DNA of 64,000 nucleotides from Malacoraja senta (lineage: Eukaryota): NCBI GenBank assembly GCA_038087875.1, contig JAXLNO010004283.1:1-64000 (forward strand), in the 5' to 3' direction. A program made the position numbers and the translations under genes. Below are positions 25,901 through 34,678 of the stretch, piece by piece. The stretch's first letter is position 1. Every line of letters starts with the position of its first letter. Under the pieces are notes generated by a model. The model ran no database searches. It had not been told where the DNA came from and saw nothing but the letters and a program-made list of their open reading frames with translations.

Positions 25901-26643
25901 GAATATTTTGATGTGCCCGCCTAACATTGATCCTCGCCCACTGATTTATGAATCCTGTGCCCAGCCCGACACCGACCCCCCTCATCCCCTGATCCCAAAG
26001 TTGCCCAGCTGATCGCTGACATAATGCACTGACTATGGCCAGCCCGCCACTGACCACCACCCACTGTCTGGGGCTGTTACTCTGTGTCCAGCCTAACACT
26101 GAATCCATGCGCACTGTCCGGGTTGACGGTGCCCTGATCAACACTGACCCTCACCCACTGACACTGACTGGGGGCTGTTGACCCTGTGGCCAGGCCAACA
26201 CTGACCCTCACCCACTGACACTGACTGGTGGCTGTTGACCCTGTGGCCAGGCCAACACTGACCCTCACCCACTGACACTGACTGGTGGCTGTTGACCCTG
26301 TGGCCAGGCCAACACTGACCCTCACCCACTGACACTGACTGGGGGCTGTTGACCCCTGGCCAGCCCAACACAGACACCTCACCCACTGATACTGACTGGT
26401 GGCTGTTGACCCTGTGGCCAGCCCAACACTGATCCTCACCCACTGATACTGACTGGTGGCTGTTGACCCTGTGGCCAGCCCAACACTGACCCTCACCCAC
26501 TGATACTGACTGGTGGCTGTTGACCCAACACACAGACACCTCACCCACTGACCGGGACTGGGTGTCCAGCCCGACACTGACCCTCACCCACCTGCGCACT
26601 CCCCTCCACACAGGAGGGCCGCCAGCAGTAGCAGACGTAGCAT
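4876..26643 (-). CDS. UAA: MHC class I heavy (alpha) chain, classical UAA-like; 7 coding exons; frameshifted as assembled (assembly error or pseudogene)
   Basis: Exons 26592-26643, 9263-9522, 8709-8979, 6794-7057, 5909-6010, 5464-5493 and 4876-4922 all have AG/GT boundaries and phase-1 junctions. They translate to leader, alpha1 (GSHSLRY...), alpha2 (CGC...TCIEWL), alpha3 Ig-C1 (SCFTTGFYP...SCRVEH), TM and cytoplasmic tail. The symbol is inferred from conserved anchor residues. Confidence 0.93.
5115..5390. repeat. CpG-rich degenerate minisatellite in the MHC intron between the cytoplasmic exons
   Basis: Repeated GCGCACACGGAC(G/C)CGCG(C/T)AG motifs. Confidence 0.85.
5464..5493 (-). CDS. UAA: MHC class I exon 6 (cytoplasmic, [10 protein letters not shown])
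   Basis: 30-nt phase 1-1 exon, TTTTACAG acceptor, T|GTAAGT donor; contains the conserved class I tail tyrosine (GYNP). Confidence 0.85.
5909..6010 (-). CDS. UAA: MHC class I exon 5 (connecting peptide and transmembrane)
   Basis: [34 protein letters not shown]; 102 nt, GGACAG acceptor, G|GTAGTT donor. Confidence 0.92.
6335..6740 (+). mobile_element. CR1-type LINE 3' fragment in the MHC alpha3-TM intron
   Basis: [23 protein letters not shown]...RGHSLRIKG; ends in (TTCTATGT)n tail. Confidence 0.9.
6794..7057 (-). CDS. UAA: MHC class I exon 4 (alpha3 Ig C1 domain), intact
   Basis: [30 protein letters not shown]...PNHDGTYQ...[18 protein letters not shown]; 264 nt, CCACAG acceptor, G|GTAAGT donor. 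Confidence 0.96.
7060..8700. repeat. Purine-rich low-complexity intron (G/A on + strand) with an embedded CR1 RT fragment (~7918-8130)
   Basis: Long GGGGGAGA/GACAGA runs; embedded AAGGTGCCACAC...GGGTCGGTGCTGGGGCCGCTACTCTTCACG (KVPH...GSVLGPLLF). Confidence 0.85.
8709..8979 (-). CDS. UAA: MHC class I exon 3 (alpha2 domain), frameshift at ~8797-8810
   Basis: [37 protein letters not shown]...ITKYKWER, then frame change to [29 protein letters not shown]. Acceptor TTGCAG, donor G|GTGAGT; 271 nt. Confidence 0.95.
9263..9522 (-). CDS. UAA: MHC class I exon 2 (alpha1 domain), 1-nt deletion at ~9483-9486
   Basis: [14 protein letters not shown], then frame change to [23 protein letters not shown]...PEYWERETQ...LQKRTNRTV. 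Acceptor TTCCAG, donor G|GTGAGT; 260 nt where a multiple of 3 is required. Confidence 0.95.
10420..10720 (+). mobile_element. HE1/V-type tRNA-derived SINE (other copies at ~15210-15410 -, ~17040-17260 -, ~27250-27400 +, ~55190-55320 +)
   Basis: A box TGGCTCAGCTG, B box GAGTTCGATCC, V-domain GCTGTCTGTACGGAGTTTGTACATTCTCC, CR1-like 3' end. Confidence 0.8.
10750..11385 (+). mobile_element. Old degenerate CR1 3' fragment (paralogous to 41420-42040)
   Basis: Degenerate [11 protein letters not shown] and RGHTFKVRG motifs with many indels. Confidence 0.75.
11480..12500 (+). mobile_element. Degenerate Penelope-like element (with a short CR1 piece at its 5' end)
   Basis: [29 protein letters not shown] (GIY-YIG endonuclease) plus RT remnants. 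Confidence 0.7.
13365..13880 (-). mobile_element. CR1 LINE 3' fragment
   Basis: ORF 13461-13865: [20 protein letters not shown]...[14 protein letters not shown]; (ATAGATAC)n tail. Confidence 0.92.
14590..15210 (-). mobile_element. CR1 LINE 3' fragment
   Basis: [16 protein letters not shown] motif and the same 3'UTR as the 13.4 kb copy. Confidence 0.9.
16090..17030 (+). mobile_element. Penelope-like element 3' part (GIY-YIG) with hammerhead-bearing terminal repeat
   Basis: [34 protein letters not shown]...HFNS; internal partial duplication; CTGAAGAAGGGTCTCGACCCGAAACGTC at 16944-16971. Confidence 0.88.
17478..18225 (+). mobile_element. CR1 LINE 3' fragment
   Basis: [14 protein letters not shown]...[12 protein letters not shown]...[14 protein letters not shown]. 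Confidence 0.92.
19300..19833. mobile_element. Putative non-autonomous DNA transposon remnant (second copy 32496-33030)
   Basis: Two diverged ~530-bp copies in the window, both with GTGCGCATG(C/T)GCA arrays; ends GGTAAATCCGGCACTG, a terminal-inverted-repeat-like end with no partner seen. Confidence 0.55.
20050..20460 (-). mobile_element. CR1 LINE 3' fragment
   Basis: [17 protein letters not shown]...NLWNSLPQ; (ATAGAAAC)n tail. Confidence 0.9.
20461..24444 (-). mobile_element. Near-full-length CR1-clade LINE (family with (TATGGT)n tail): ORF1 zinc-finger/esterase plus ORF2 EN-RT, disrupted
   Basis: ORF1 [16 protein letters not shown]...[10 protein letters not shown]...VVHIGTNDI...GLHLN (SGNH esterase); EN YFNARSI...SETWL...VGDFNFP...SSDHN; RT AFDKVPH...PQGSVLGP...YADD; several frameshifts. 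Confidence 0.95.
24458..24595. repeat. 24-bp tandem repeat (5 copies plus partial) at a CR1/CR1 junction
   Basis: CCTGGATACAATACAAAGCCTTAC x5 (one copy CCTAGA...), grading into TACAAGCCT of the adjacent CR1. Confidence 0.9.
24590..25570 (-). mobile_element. CR1 LINE RT fragment
   Basis: [16 protein letters not shown]...[11 protein letters not shown]...FADDTKL. Confidence 0.92.
26040..26590. repeat. Minisatellite, ~57-bp unit, ~8 copies, at the start of MHC intron 1
   Basis: Repeated ACACTGACCCTCACCCACTGA(C/T)ACTGACTGGTGGCTGTTGACCCTGTGGCCAG. Confidence 0.9.
26592..26643 (-). CDS. UAA: MHC class I exon 1 (signal peptide [17 protein letters not shown])
   Basis: ATG at 26643 in context CTACCATG, hydrophobic leader, donor CAG|GTGGGT in phase 1 that joins GC of alpha1 to give G-SHSLRY; class I-type promoter directly upstream. 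Confidence 0.85.
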
Positions 26644-26842
26644 GGTAGATAGACAGACCCCCGACTGTCCAAGTTGTTGCAAGTTTGCGAGTCCTGGGAC
26701 CGAGCGCGGTTCACTTCCAGTCGGCGGCGCAGTGCCCGCGGCCAATCACAGTACGGCCCGCCGGTGAGTCACCGGTATCCGGGCAGAAGAGCCGAAAGAT
26801 TTATGTCGCTCGAAATGACAGACCGAAAATATCCCAGTGTGT

Positions 26843-26885
26843 CCAATCAGCAGCGGAGCTGCGTTCGCGTCACCGGTTGTCGGGG
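26843..26885 (-). promoter_or_regulatory. MHC X1-X2-Y promoter module
   Basis: Sense strand CCCCGACAACCGG (X1-like), TGACGCG (X2/CRE, 26866-26872), 18 nt, then ATTGG within CTGATTGG (Y box, 26843-26850), ~200-240 bp upstream of the leader ATG. Second ATTGG at 26742-26746; AP-1-like TGAGTCA at 26765-26771. Confidence 0.75.
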
Positions 26886-27944
26886 AGAGTGGAGAGCATG
26901 ATTTGCAATGACACACACCGAAAGTGTGCGAAAAATCAAAACGACGCAAAATGCTGGAGTAACTCAGCGGGTCAGGCATAATCACTGGAGAATATGGTTA
27001 TGGAATATGGTCACATCGATAGGTGACCTTTTTAGTTGAGATCATTCTTCAGACTCTCCAGAAATGCAAACTTGCCACAACCTGGCTGGACAGACACACC
27101 GACACAGCCCCTGGAGATGCTGACTATCCGGACGGAACCTGGGGATAGAGAATCTAAGGACAGACACTCGGGACAGACCAGAGTCACGGACCCTCGAGAT
27201 AGAGACCGCGGGAACACAGACCCTGAGGCTACAAGGGCAGTCACGATGGCGCCGGAGACCGGGTTCGATCCCGATTACTGGTGCTGTCTGTATGGAGTTT
27301 GTACGTTCTCCCCGTGACCTGCGTGGGTTTTCTCCGAGATCTTCGGTTTCCTCCCACATTCCAAAGACGTGCAGGTTTGTAGGTTAATTGGCTTGGTAAA
27401 CTATACTACTCCCACTTGCTTACGTTTGACCCATGTCCATCTAAACCCGTACTGTACATGTACTGTACGTGTCTAAATGTTTCAAGATGACCAAGGCTGG
27501 GAGCTCAACATGTAGGGGTATTCAATATTCAGGAAAGATAGACCAAAAGGAAGAACAGTTAAAGAGGAGACTAATGCATTAGTAAGGAGAGACATTTGCC
27601 TGGATGCTGTAGAATTCGTGGGTAGAACTGCGAAATAACCAAGGGCAGAAAACGCTTGTATACAGACCACCAAACAGCAGTTGGGCGGTTGGGTTTGGCA
27701 TCAAACAGGAAACTAGGGATGCGTGTAGCAAAGGAACAGCAGTTAACATGGGTGACTTTAATCTACATAGAGATTGGGTCAACCAAATTGGTAACAGCGC
27801 TGAGGAGGAGGATTTCCTGGAATGTATACGGATGGTTTTCTAAGCCAATATATAGAGGAACCAACTAGAGGGTAGGCCATCCTAGACTGGTATTGTGTAG
27901 TGAGGAAGGATTAGTTAGCGATCTTGTTGTGCAAAGCCCCTTGG

Positions 27945-29420
27945 GCAACAGTGCTGCGTGGACTACACATGAAGCTTCTGGAAACCATCCCAGACAAGCA
28001 CATGGTGAGCTTCATCATGGAGATGCTGAGCAACCGCAGCTTCAGGCTATACACCAGCAACGGGCAATGCAGCAGGGTGAGGAAACGTAAGAACGGCGTC
28101 CCACAGGGCTCAGTGCTGGCACCAATGCTGTTCAACATCTACATCCATGACCTGCCTGCAACCCAGTCAAAGATTAGATTAGATTTTATTTGTTGTCATT
28201 TGAACCCAGAGGTTCAAACGAAATTTGGTTTCTGCAGTCATACAAACAAGAAGAAGAACCAAGACACAACACAATTTACACAAACATCCATCACAGTGAA
28301 TTCCTCCTCACTGTGATGGAAGGCAAAGTCTTATCTCTCCCCTGCACTCCCCATTCCCCTCCAGATGTCAAAGTCAAAGCCCCCGGCGGGCGATGGTAAA
28401 TAAGTCCCGTGGCCATTAAAGCCGCGCCGGGCGATGCAAGGCCGCACTCCGGGTTTTGTTGTTGGAGCCCCCGGCAGGCGCTAGCAAGTCCTGCGTCAAT
28501 TTAAAGCCACGCCGGGCAATGTAAGGCCCCGCTCCAGGTCATCTTCAACCCCGCAACTCAGGCGGGAGAAGTTGCCATTGCGGAAGCTCCGAAAAGCGGT
28601 CTCCCACCAGGGACCCGCGAGCTCCCGGTGTTACCGTCCACCGGGCCGGCGGCTGGAGCCTCCGAATCTCCAGGGTCGGGCCGCAGCAGCGCTCCACGCT
28701 CCGAACTCGGCCAGCTCCACGATGGTAAGTCCGCAGGCTCTGCGACACGAGCCCCAGGTCGTTCCGGTTGGAGGCCGCTCAATGGTGCTAGGCCCCAACG
28801 ACAACGGAGACCCGACAGAGAAAGGTCAGGTCCTCCGTACAGGGAAAAGATTTTTAAAATTTCCCCGCCCCAGCCAACATCAGACGAAAAGCAGCCACGC
28901 TGGCCCTCTCTCGAAAGGTACAGACCAGTGAATCCCACCTCCTCCATCAGATCGTCACAGAGACACCACGACGAGTGCGCCTCAAGTCACGGCACCCCTT
29001 TGCCACGCAAGCCCAAGAGCTGCTCTGCACAACACCGGCTGACGCTTCTAAGGCCGCCTGGGTCAAGACGAGATGGAGAGACCAGTGGAAGTCAGCGGAA
29101 CCATCTAGGCTGCACCATTACATCAGTGACCTCATGGACGTCCCTGGCCAGGACCTGCCCCGAAAGCAGTGGACAACCCTCAACCGCTTGAGGACAGGCA
29201 TCGGACGCTATGGAGTAGCGATGAAGAGGTGGGGCCTCGTGGACAGCACCTCCTGCGAGTGTGGGGACCCAACACAGACAGTGGAGCACATAGTCACCAG
29301 TTGCCCCAAACACCGGCCACCGAATGGTGAACGAGGTCTGATTGACCTGGACGATGACACGTTGGCCTGGCTCGCCTCAACGGAGCTGCAGGTCTAAAAG
29401 ACATACGACAGAAGAAGAAG
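27945..29420 (+). mobile_element. Vingi/ingi-like non-LTR fragments (27945-28170 RT; 28960-29420 C-terminus), interrupted by an unclassified repeat
   Basis: LSNRSF...[23 protein letters not shown]; WTTLNRLRTG...CECGDPTQTVEHIVTSCP; (GAA)n tail. Clade assignment is tentative. Confidence 0.6.
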
Positions 29421-32050
29421 AAGAAGGCAACAGTGCCCATAATATGATAGAATTCTGCATTAGGATGGACACAGTTAATCCACAGACCAGGGTCCTGAAT
29501 TTAAAGAAATGAGACTTTGATGGTAGGAGACGGGAATTGGCAAGGATAGACTGGCAAATTATACTTAAAGGGTTGAGGGTGGAGATGCAATGGCAAATAT
29601 TTAAAGATCGCATGGATTAACTACAAAAATTGTTCACACATGTCTGGCGAAAAAATAAAATGGGGAAGGCGGCTCAACCGTGGCTAATGAGGGAAATTAA
29701 GGAGAGTGTTAAATCAAAGGAAGAGGCATATAGCGTTAAAGAAGGAACTGCAGATGCTGAAAATCGAAGGTACACAAAAATGCTGGAGAAACTCAGCGGG
29801 TGCAGCAGCATCTATGGAGCGAAGGAAATAGGAAACGTTTCGGGCCGAATCCCTTCTTCAGAGAAGAGGCATATACATTGGCCAGAGGAAACAGCAAACC
29901 GGAGGACTGGGATAAATTGAAAATTCAACTGAAGAGGACAAAGCGGTAAGAAGAGGGGGGAAAAAGAGCTTGAAAGAAAGATTGCAGGGAATATAAAAAC
30001 TGACTGTAAAAGCTTCTTTAGATATGTGAAGAAGAAAAGATTAGTTAAGACAAATGTAGGTCCCTTACAGTCAGAGACAGGTGTATTTATAAGGAGAAAT
30101 AAGGTAATGGCAGACCAGTTAAACAGATACTTTGGTTCCGTCTTCATTAAGGAAGACACAAACAATCTCCCGGAAATATTAGGGGACTGAGGATCTAGTG
30201 GGAGGGAGGAATTGAAGGGAATCCACATTAGTCAGGAAATGGTGTTAGGTAAACTGTTGGGACTACAGGCCTATAGATCCCCAGGGCCTAGTGGTCTGCA
30301 TCCCAGATTACTCACGCAGTTGGCCCTAGAAATCGTCGATGTATTGGTGATCATTTTCCAATGTTTTATGGACGAGATCAGATCCTGTATACAGGAGGGT
30401 AGATAATGTAACCCCACTTTTTAAGAGATGGAGGAGAGAAAATTGAATTATTCTGGGGAATAATGGTGATGGGGAGGACTGCTTGAATCGATTATTAAGA
30501 TGTAATAGCAGCCCATTTGGAAAGCAGTGGCAGAATCGGTCAGAGTCAGCATGGATTTATGAAGAGGAAATCATGATTGACTAATCATCTGGAATTTTTT
30601 TGAGAATGTAACAAATAGAATGGACAGGGGAGAGGCAGTTGATGTGGTGTATCTGGACTTTCAAGAAGCATTTGACAAGGTCCCACACAAGAGCTTAGTG
30701 AGCAAAATGAGAGCACATGGTATTGGGAGAAGGATATTGACATGGATGCAGAACTGGTTGGCAGACAGGAAGCAAAGAACTGCAATTAACGGGTCCTTTT
30801 CAGAATGGCAGGCAATAGACAATAGCTACAGGAGTACGCCATTCGGCCCTTCGAGCCAGCTATTCACTGTGATAATGGCTGATCATCCCCATTCCTACCT
30901 TCTCCCCACATCCCCTGACTCCGCTATCTTTAAGAGCTCTATCTAACTCTCTCTTGAAAGCATCCAGAAAATTGTCCTCCACTGCCTTCTGAGCAGAGGA
31001 TTGCACAGATTCACAACCCTCTGTGAGAAAAAGGTTTTCTTCATCTCCGTTCAGGCAGTGACTAGTGGGGTGCCGCAAGGCTCGGTGCTGGGACCCAAGC
31101 TTTTTACAAGATATATTAACAATTTAGATGGGGGAATGAAATGTAACATCTCCAAGTTTGCGGTTGACACAAAGTTGGGTGTCAGTGTGAGATGCGAGGA
31201 GGATTCTATGAGGCTGCAGGGTGACTTGGATAGGTTGAGTGGGCAGATGCAGTATAATGTGGAGAAATGTGAGGTTATCCACTTTGGTGGCAAGAACAGA
31301 AAGGTAGATTATTATCTGAATGGTGTCAGTTTAGGAATAGGGGAGGTGCAATGAGACCTGGGTGTCCTTGTACATTAGTTACTGAAAGTAAGCATGCAGG
31401 TACAGCAAGCAGTGAAGAAAGCTAATGGCGTGTTGGCCTTCATTGCGAGAGGATTTGAGTTTAGGAGCAAGGACGTCCTACTGCAGTTGTACTTGGCCCT
31501 GGTGAGACAGCAGCTGCAGTATTGTGTGCAGTTTTGTTCTCATAATTTGAGGAAGCACTTTCTTGCGATTGAGGGAGTGCAGCATATGTTCATCAGGTTA
31601 ATTCCTGGGACGGCGGGACTGACATGTGATGAAACAATGGGTCGACTGGGCTGGTAGTCACTGGAAATTAGGATGAGAAGGGATCTTAAAGAAACATATC
31701 GAATTCTTAAGGGCTAGATGCAGGAAAAATGTCCACGATGTTGGGGGAGTCCAGAACCAGGGGTCACAGGTTAAGAATAAGGGGTAGGCCACTTAAGACT
31801 GAGATGAGGAAAACCTTTTTTATCCAGAGAGTTGTGAATCTGTGGAATTATTTGCCACAGAATGCAGTGGAGGCCAATTCGCTGGATGTTTTCAAGGGAG
31901 AGTTAGATTTAGGCCTTTGGGCTAAATGAATCAATGGATATGGGGGAAAAGCAGAAATGGGTACTGATTTTGGATGATCAGCCATGATCATATTCGGTGC
32001 TGGCTCGACAGGGCGAATGGCTTACTCCTGCACCTATTTTCTATGTTTCT
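29410..32050 (+). mobile_element. Degenerate CR1 ORF2/3' end with nested insertions (PLE terminal repeat ~29735-29860; inverted CR1 3' piece ~30815-31050)
   Basis: [33 protein letters not shown]; the nested minus-strand piece is flanked by repeated CAGGCA. Confidence 0.88.
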
Positions 32051-34337
32051 GTGTTCAGAAGTCAACTATCTCTTCCTTCAACTATCTCCTTCCATGCTTC
32101 ACTCTCTGCAAGACCAGCCTCCTAAACTCGGGTATCCAGCGTATCCAGTCGTTCCCTATAGCTCGATCCCTCCTGACCCCATAGCTTGCTAGTAAATCTT
32201 GTTTTGCACCTTTTCCAGTTTAATGACAGGTACAGAACAGAATGCACCAAATGCAGCCTTACCAATGTCTTATTCAGCTGTAACATAGTTCGTCAACTCC
32301 TGTACATGATTGATGAAGGCAAGCACGTCACGCGCCTCCTTCACCACCCTGTCAACCCGTGCCGCCACCTTCATGGAACAATGTACCTATACCCCGGGTC
32401 TCTGTCCTACAGCACTCCATAGAGTCCTGGCACTTTCGCCATAAGTCCTGTCCCACCACCTTGCAACACTATCTATCTATGCTCCATGGAGTAAGAGTTA
32501 CTCCAGATCCAGGGTCAGGGAGTGATTCTGCGTTGGTTTTCAGCGGTCGCGGCGAGGCAGCGACCGGACAGCAATGGCGGCCAGATCTCCCACAATTCGA
32601 AACGAGGGAGAAAGTGCCCAGGACCGACCAGTTGCCGTGGCAGTGCGCATGCGCAGGGCGGCAGATGATGTCCTGGCCGTGGTTGTGCGCATGTGCAGGG
32701 GGGAGGATATGCTGGTCGTCGCAGTGCGCATGTGCAAGGCGGCCGGCCGTGCCGGTGGATGAGGAGCGAGCAGAGAGCGGAGACCCGGCGGCCTGGATAC
32801 GGATGGCGGGCCGCGATGGAGATTAACAGACAGAGAGAGAGAGATAGAGAGGGGGGCCCGCCCAGAGTTGAACGGCAGGTGTCCCTGCCTTGGCCGGAGG
32901 CCGCCTAGATTTCGAGGCCCTAGGCTTCAGCCTATGAAGCCTAGTGGTAAATCCGGCTCTGTGAGGCCCCCCCTAGATCTCGAGGCCCTAAGCTTAAGCT
33001 TGTGAAGCTTATACGTAAATCCGGCCATGGCTGCGTGTGTTACTAGTGTGCGCCGGATGCTGCCTTGTACTCCAGAAGCATTGAGCTACTCCGTGCATCA
33101 CGCCCTTTGACCTGATGACCTTATGTGCAACCACCCTATAGGGAGGGTGGGACAAAGGACAATGGGGACCCGACATGGGGGAACTGCTGGGGTGAGAGGC
33201 AAAAAGGGGAGCCACGTGCTTTCTAACTTTGTCAGCACTAGGTGGCTTGGTGGTGGTGTGGCAGCGCTTAACATCAGTGGCTCGACTGCAGTCCGTCTGT
33301 CTTTTTTAAAATTTTTGTCTCGTTAAATGTATGTGTTGATTTTAGTTTTTATTATTTTTTAGCTGTGTATAGGTGGGGGGTGGGGAAAACCATTGAATCT
33401 CTTCCCTGTACGGGGGACCCGACTTCCCTGTCGGGTCTCCGATGTCGTTGGGCCTAACATCATTGAGCCGGCGGCGGCCTCCGGCCGGAACCAACCTAAA
33501 GGCTCCAGTTGCAGAGCCTGCGGACTCACCATCGTGGAGCTGGCCGATTTCGGAACAGGAAGAGCTGAGGTAGCGTGCGGCTGCGACCCGACTTCGGAGC
33601 TTCGTAGGCTCCAGCCGCAGGCCCGGTGGACAGGAACTTCAGGAGCTCACAGGTCCCTGATGGGAGACCGGTTTTCGGAGCTCCCGGAACGGCAACTTCT
33701 CGCACCGGAATCGCGGGGTTTAAATGACTAGGAGCGGGGCCTAACATTGCCCCGCGCGGCTTAACTGCCGCGGGACTTACCATCGGCTGTCGGGGGCTTT
33801 AACATCGTGAGCCCCAGTCAACGTTGCAGTTGGACTGCTGGACCGTGGGAGAAGAACAAAGGGAAGAGATAAGAATTTTCCCTTCCATCACAGTGAGGTG
33901 GTGTTGGAAATTCACTGTGATGGATGTTTGTGTAAATTGTGTTAAGTGTGTGTCTTGTTTTTTTTTTTGGAATGTTAAGACTGTAGAAATGCAATTTCGT
34001 TAAAAAAAAGCTGTTTGAATGACAATAAAAGGCATCCTATTCTATTCTATTTGTGTACATTGTGTATACAAGTAAAGAATCTCACTGTGCTTAGTCACAT
34101 GTGACAATAAAGTATTCCTATTCCTTTTTTTTTCACTTAAATTTTTATTGATTTTTCAGAGATATTTACAAAACAGTGCAACACCATCACCATAAATAAA
34201 ACAAAATAAGAAAAACAATCAAAATAAAAAAATAAATAGATAGGGGAAAAAAAGAAGTAAATAAATAAAAAAAATGGAATAAGACCATGTGGTTCACTTA
34301 CCAAATTAAAAAAAACGTTACATTGATTCGTTGATCA

Positions 34338-34678
34338 GGACGACAGATGGCGCAATGGGCTAAGTGTTCGGCTGGCAACCGGAAGGTAGCCGGTTCGAAT
34401 CCCGCTTGGAGTGCATACTGTCGTTGTGTCCTTGGGCAAGACACTTCACCCACCTTTGCCTGTGTGTGAATGTGTGTGAGTGATTGGTGGTGGTCGGAGG
34501 GGCCGTAGGCGCAAATTAGCAGCCACGCTTCCGTCAGTCTGCCCCAGGGCAGCTGTGGCTACAGAAGTAGCTCACCACCACCGAGTGTGACTGAGGAGTG
34601 AATGAATAATGCGATGTAAAGCGCCTTGGGTATTAGAAAGGCGCTATATAAATCCAATCCATTATTATTATTATTATT
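34338..34678 (+). mobile_element. tRNA-derived CORE-type SINE with L2-like tail
   Basis: A box TGGCGCAATGG (34348-34358), B box GGTTCGAATCCC (34392-34403), CORE-like GTGTCCTTGGGCAAGACACTT, tail TGTAAAGCGCCTTGG...AAAGGCGCTATATAAAT, (ATT)n. Confidence 0.85.

Noticed and set aside
34345-34410. Possible tRNA gene
   Set aside because: It is the tRNA-derived head of a SINE, continuing into CORE and LINE-tail sequence; no complete acceptor stem seen.
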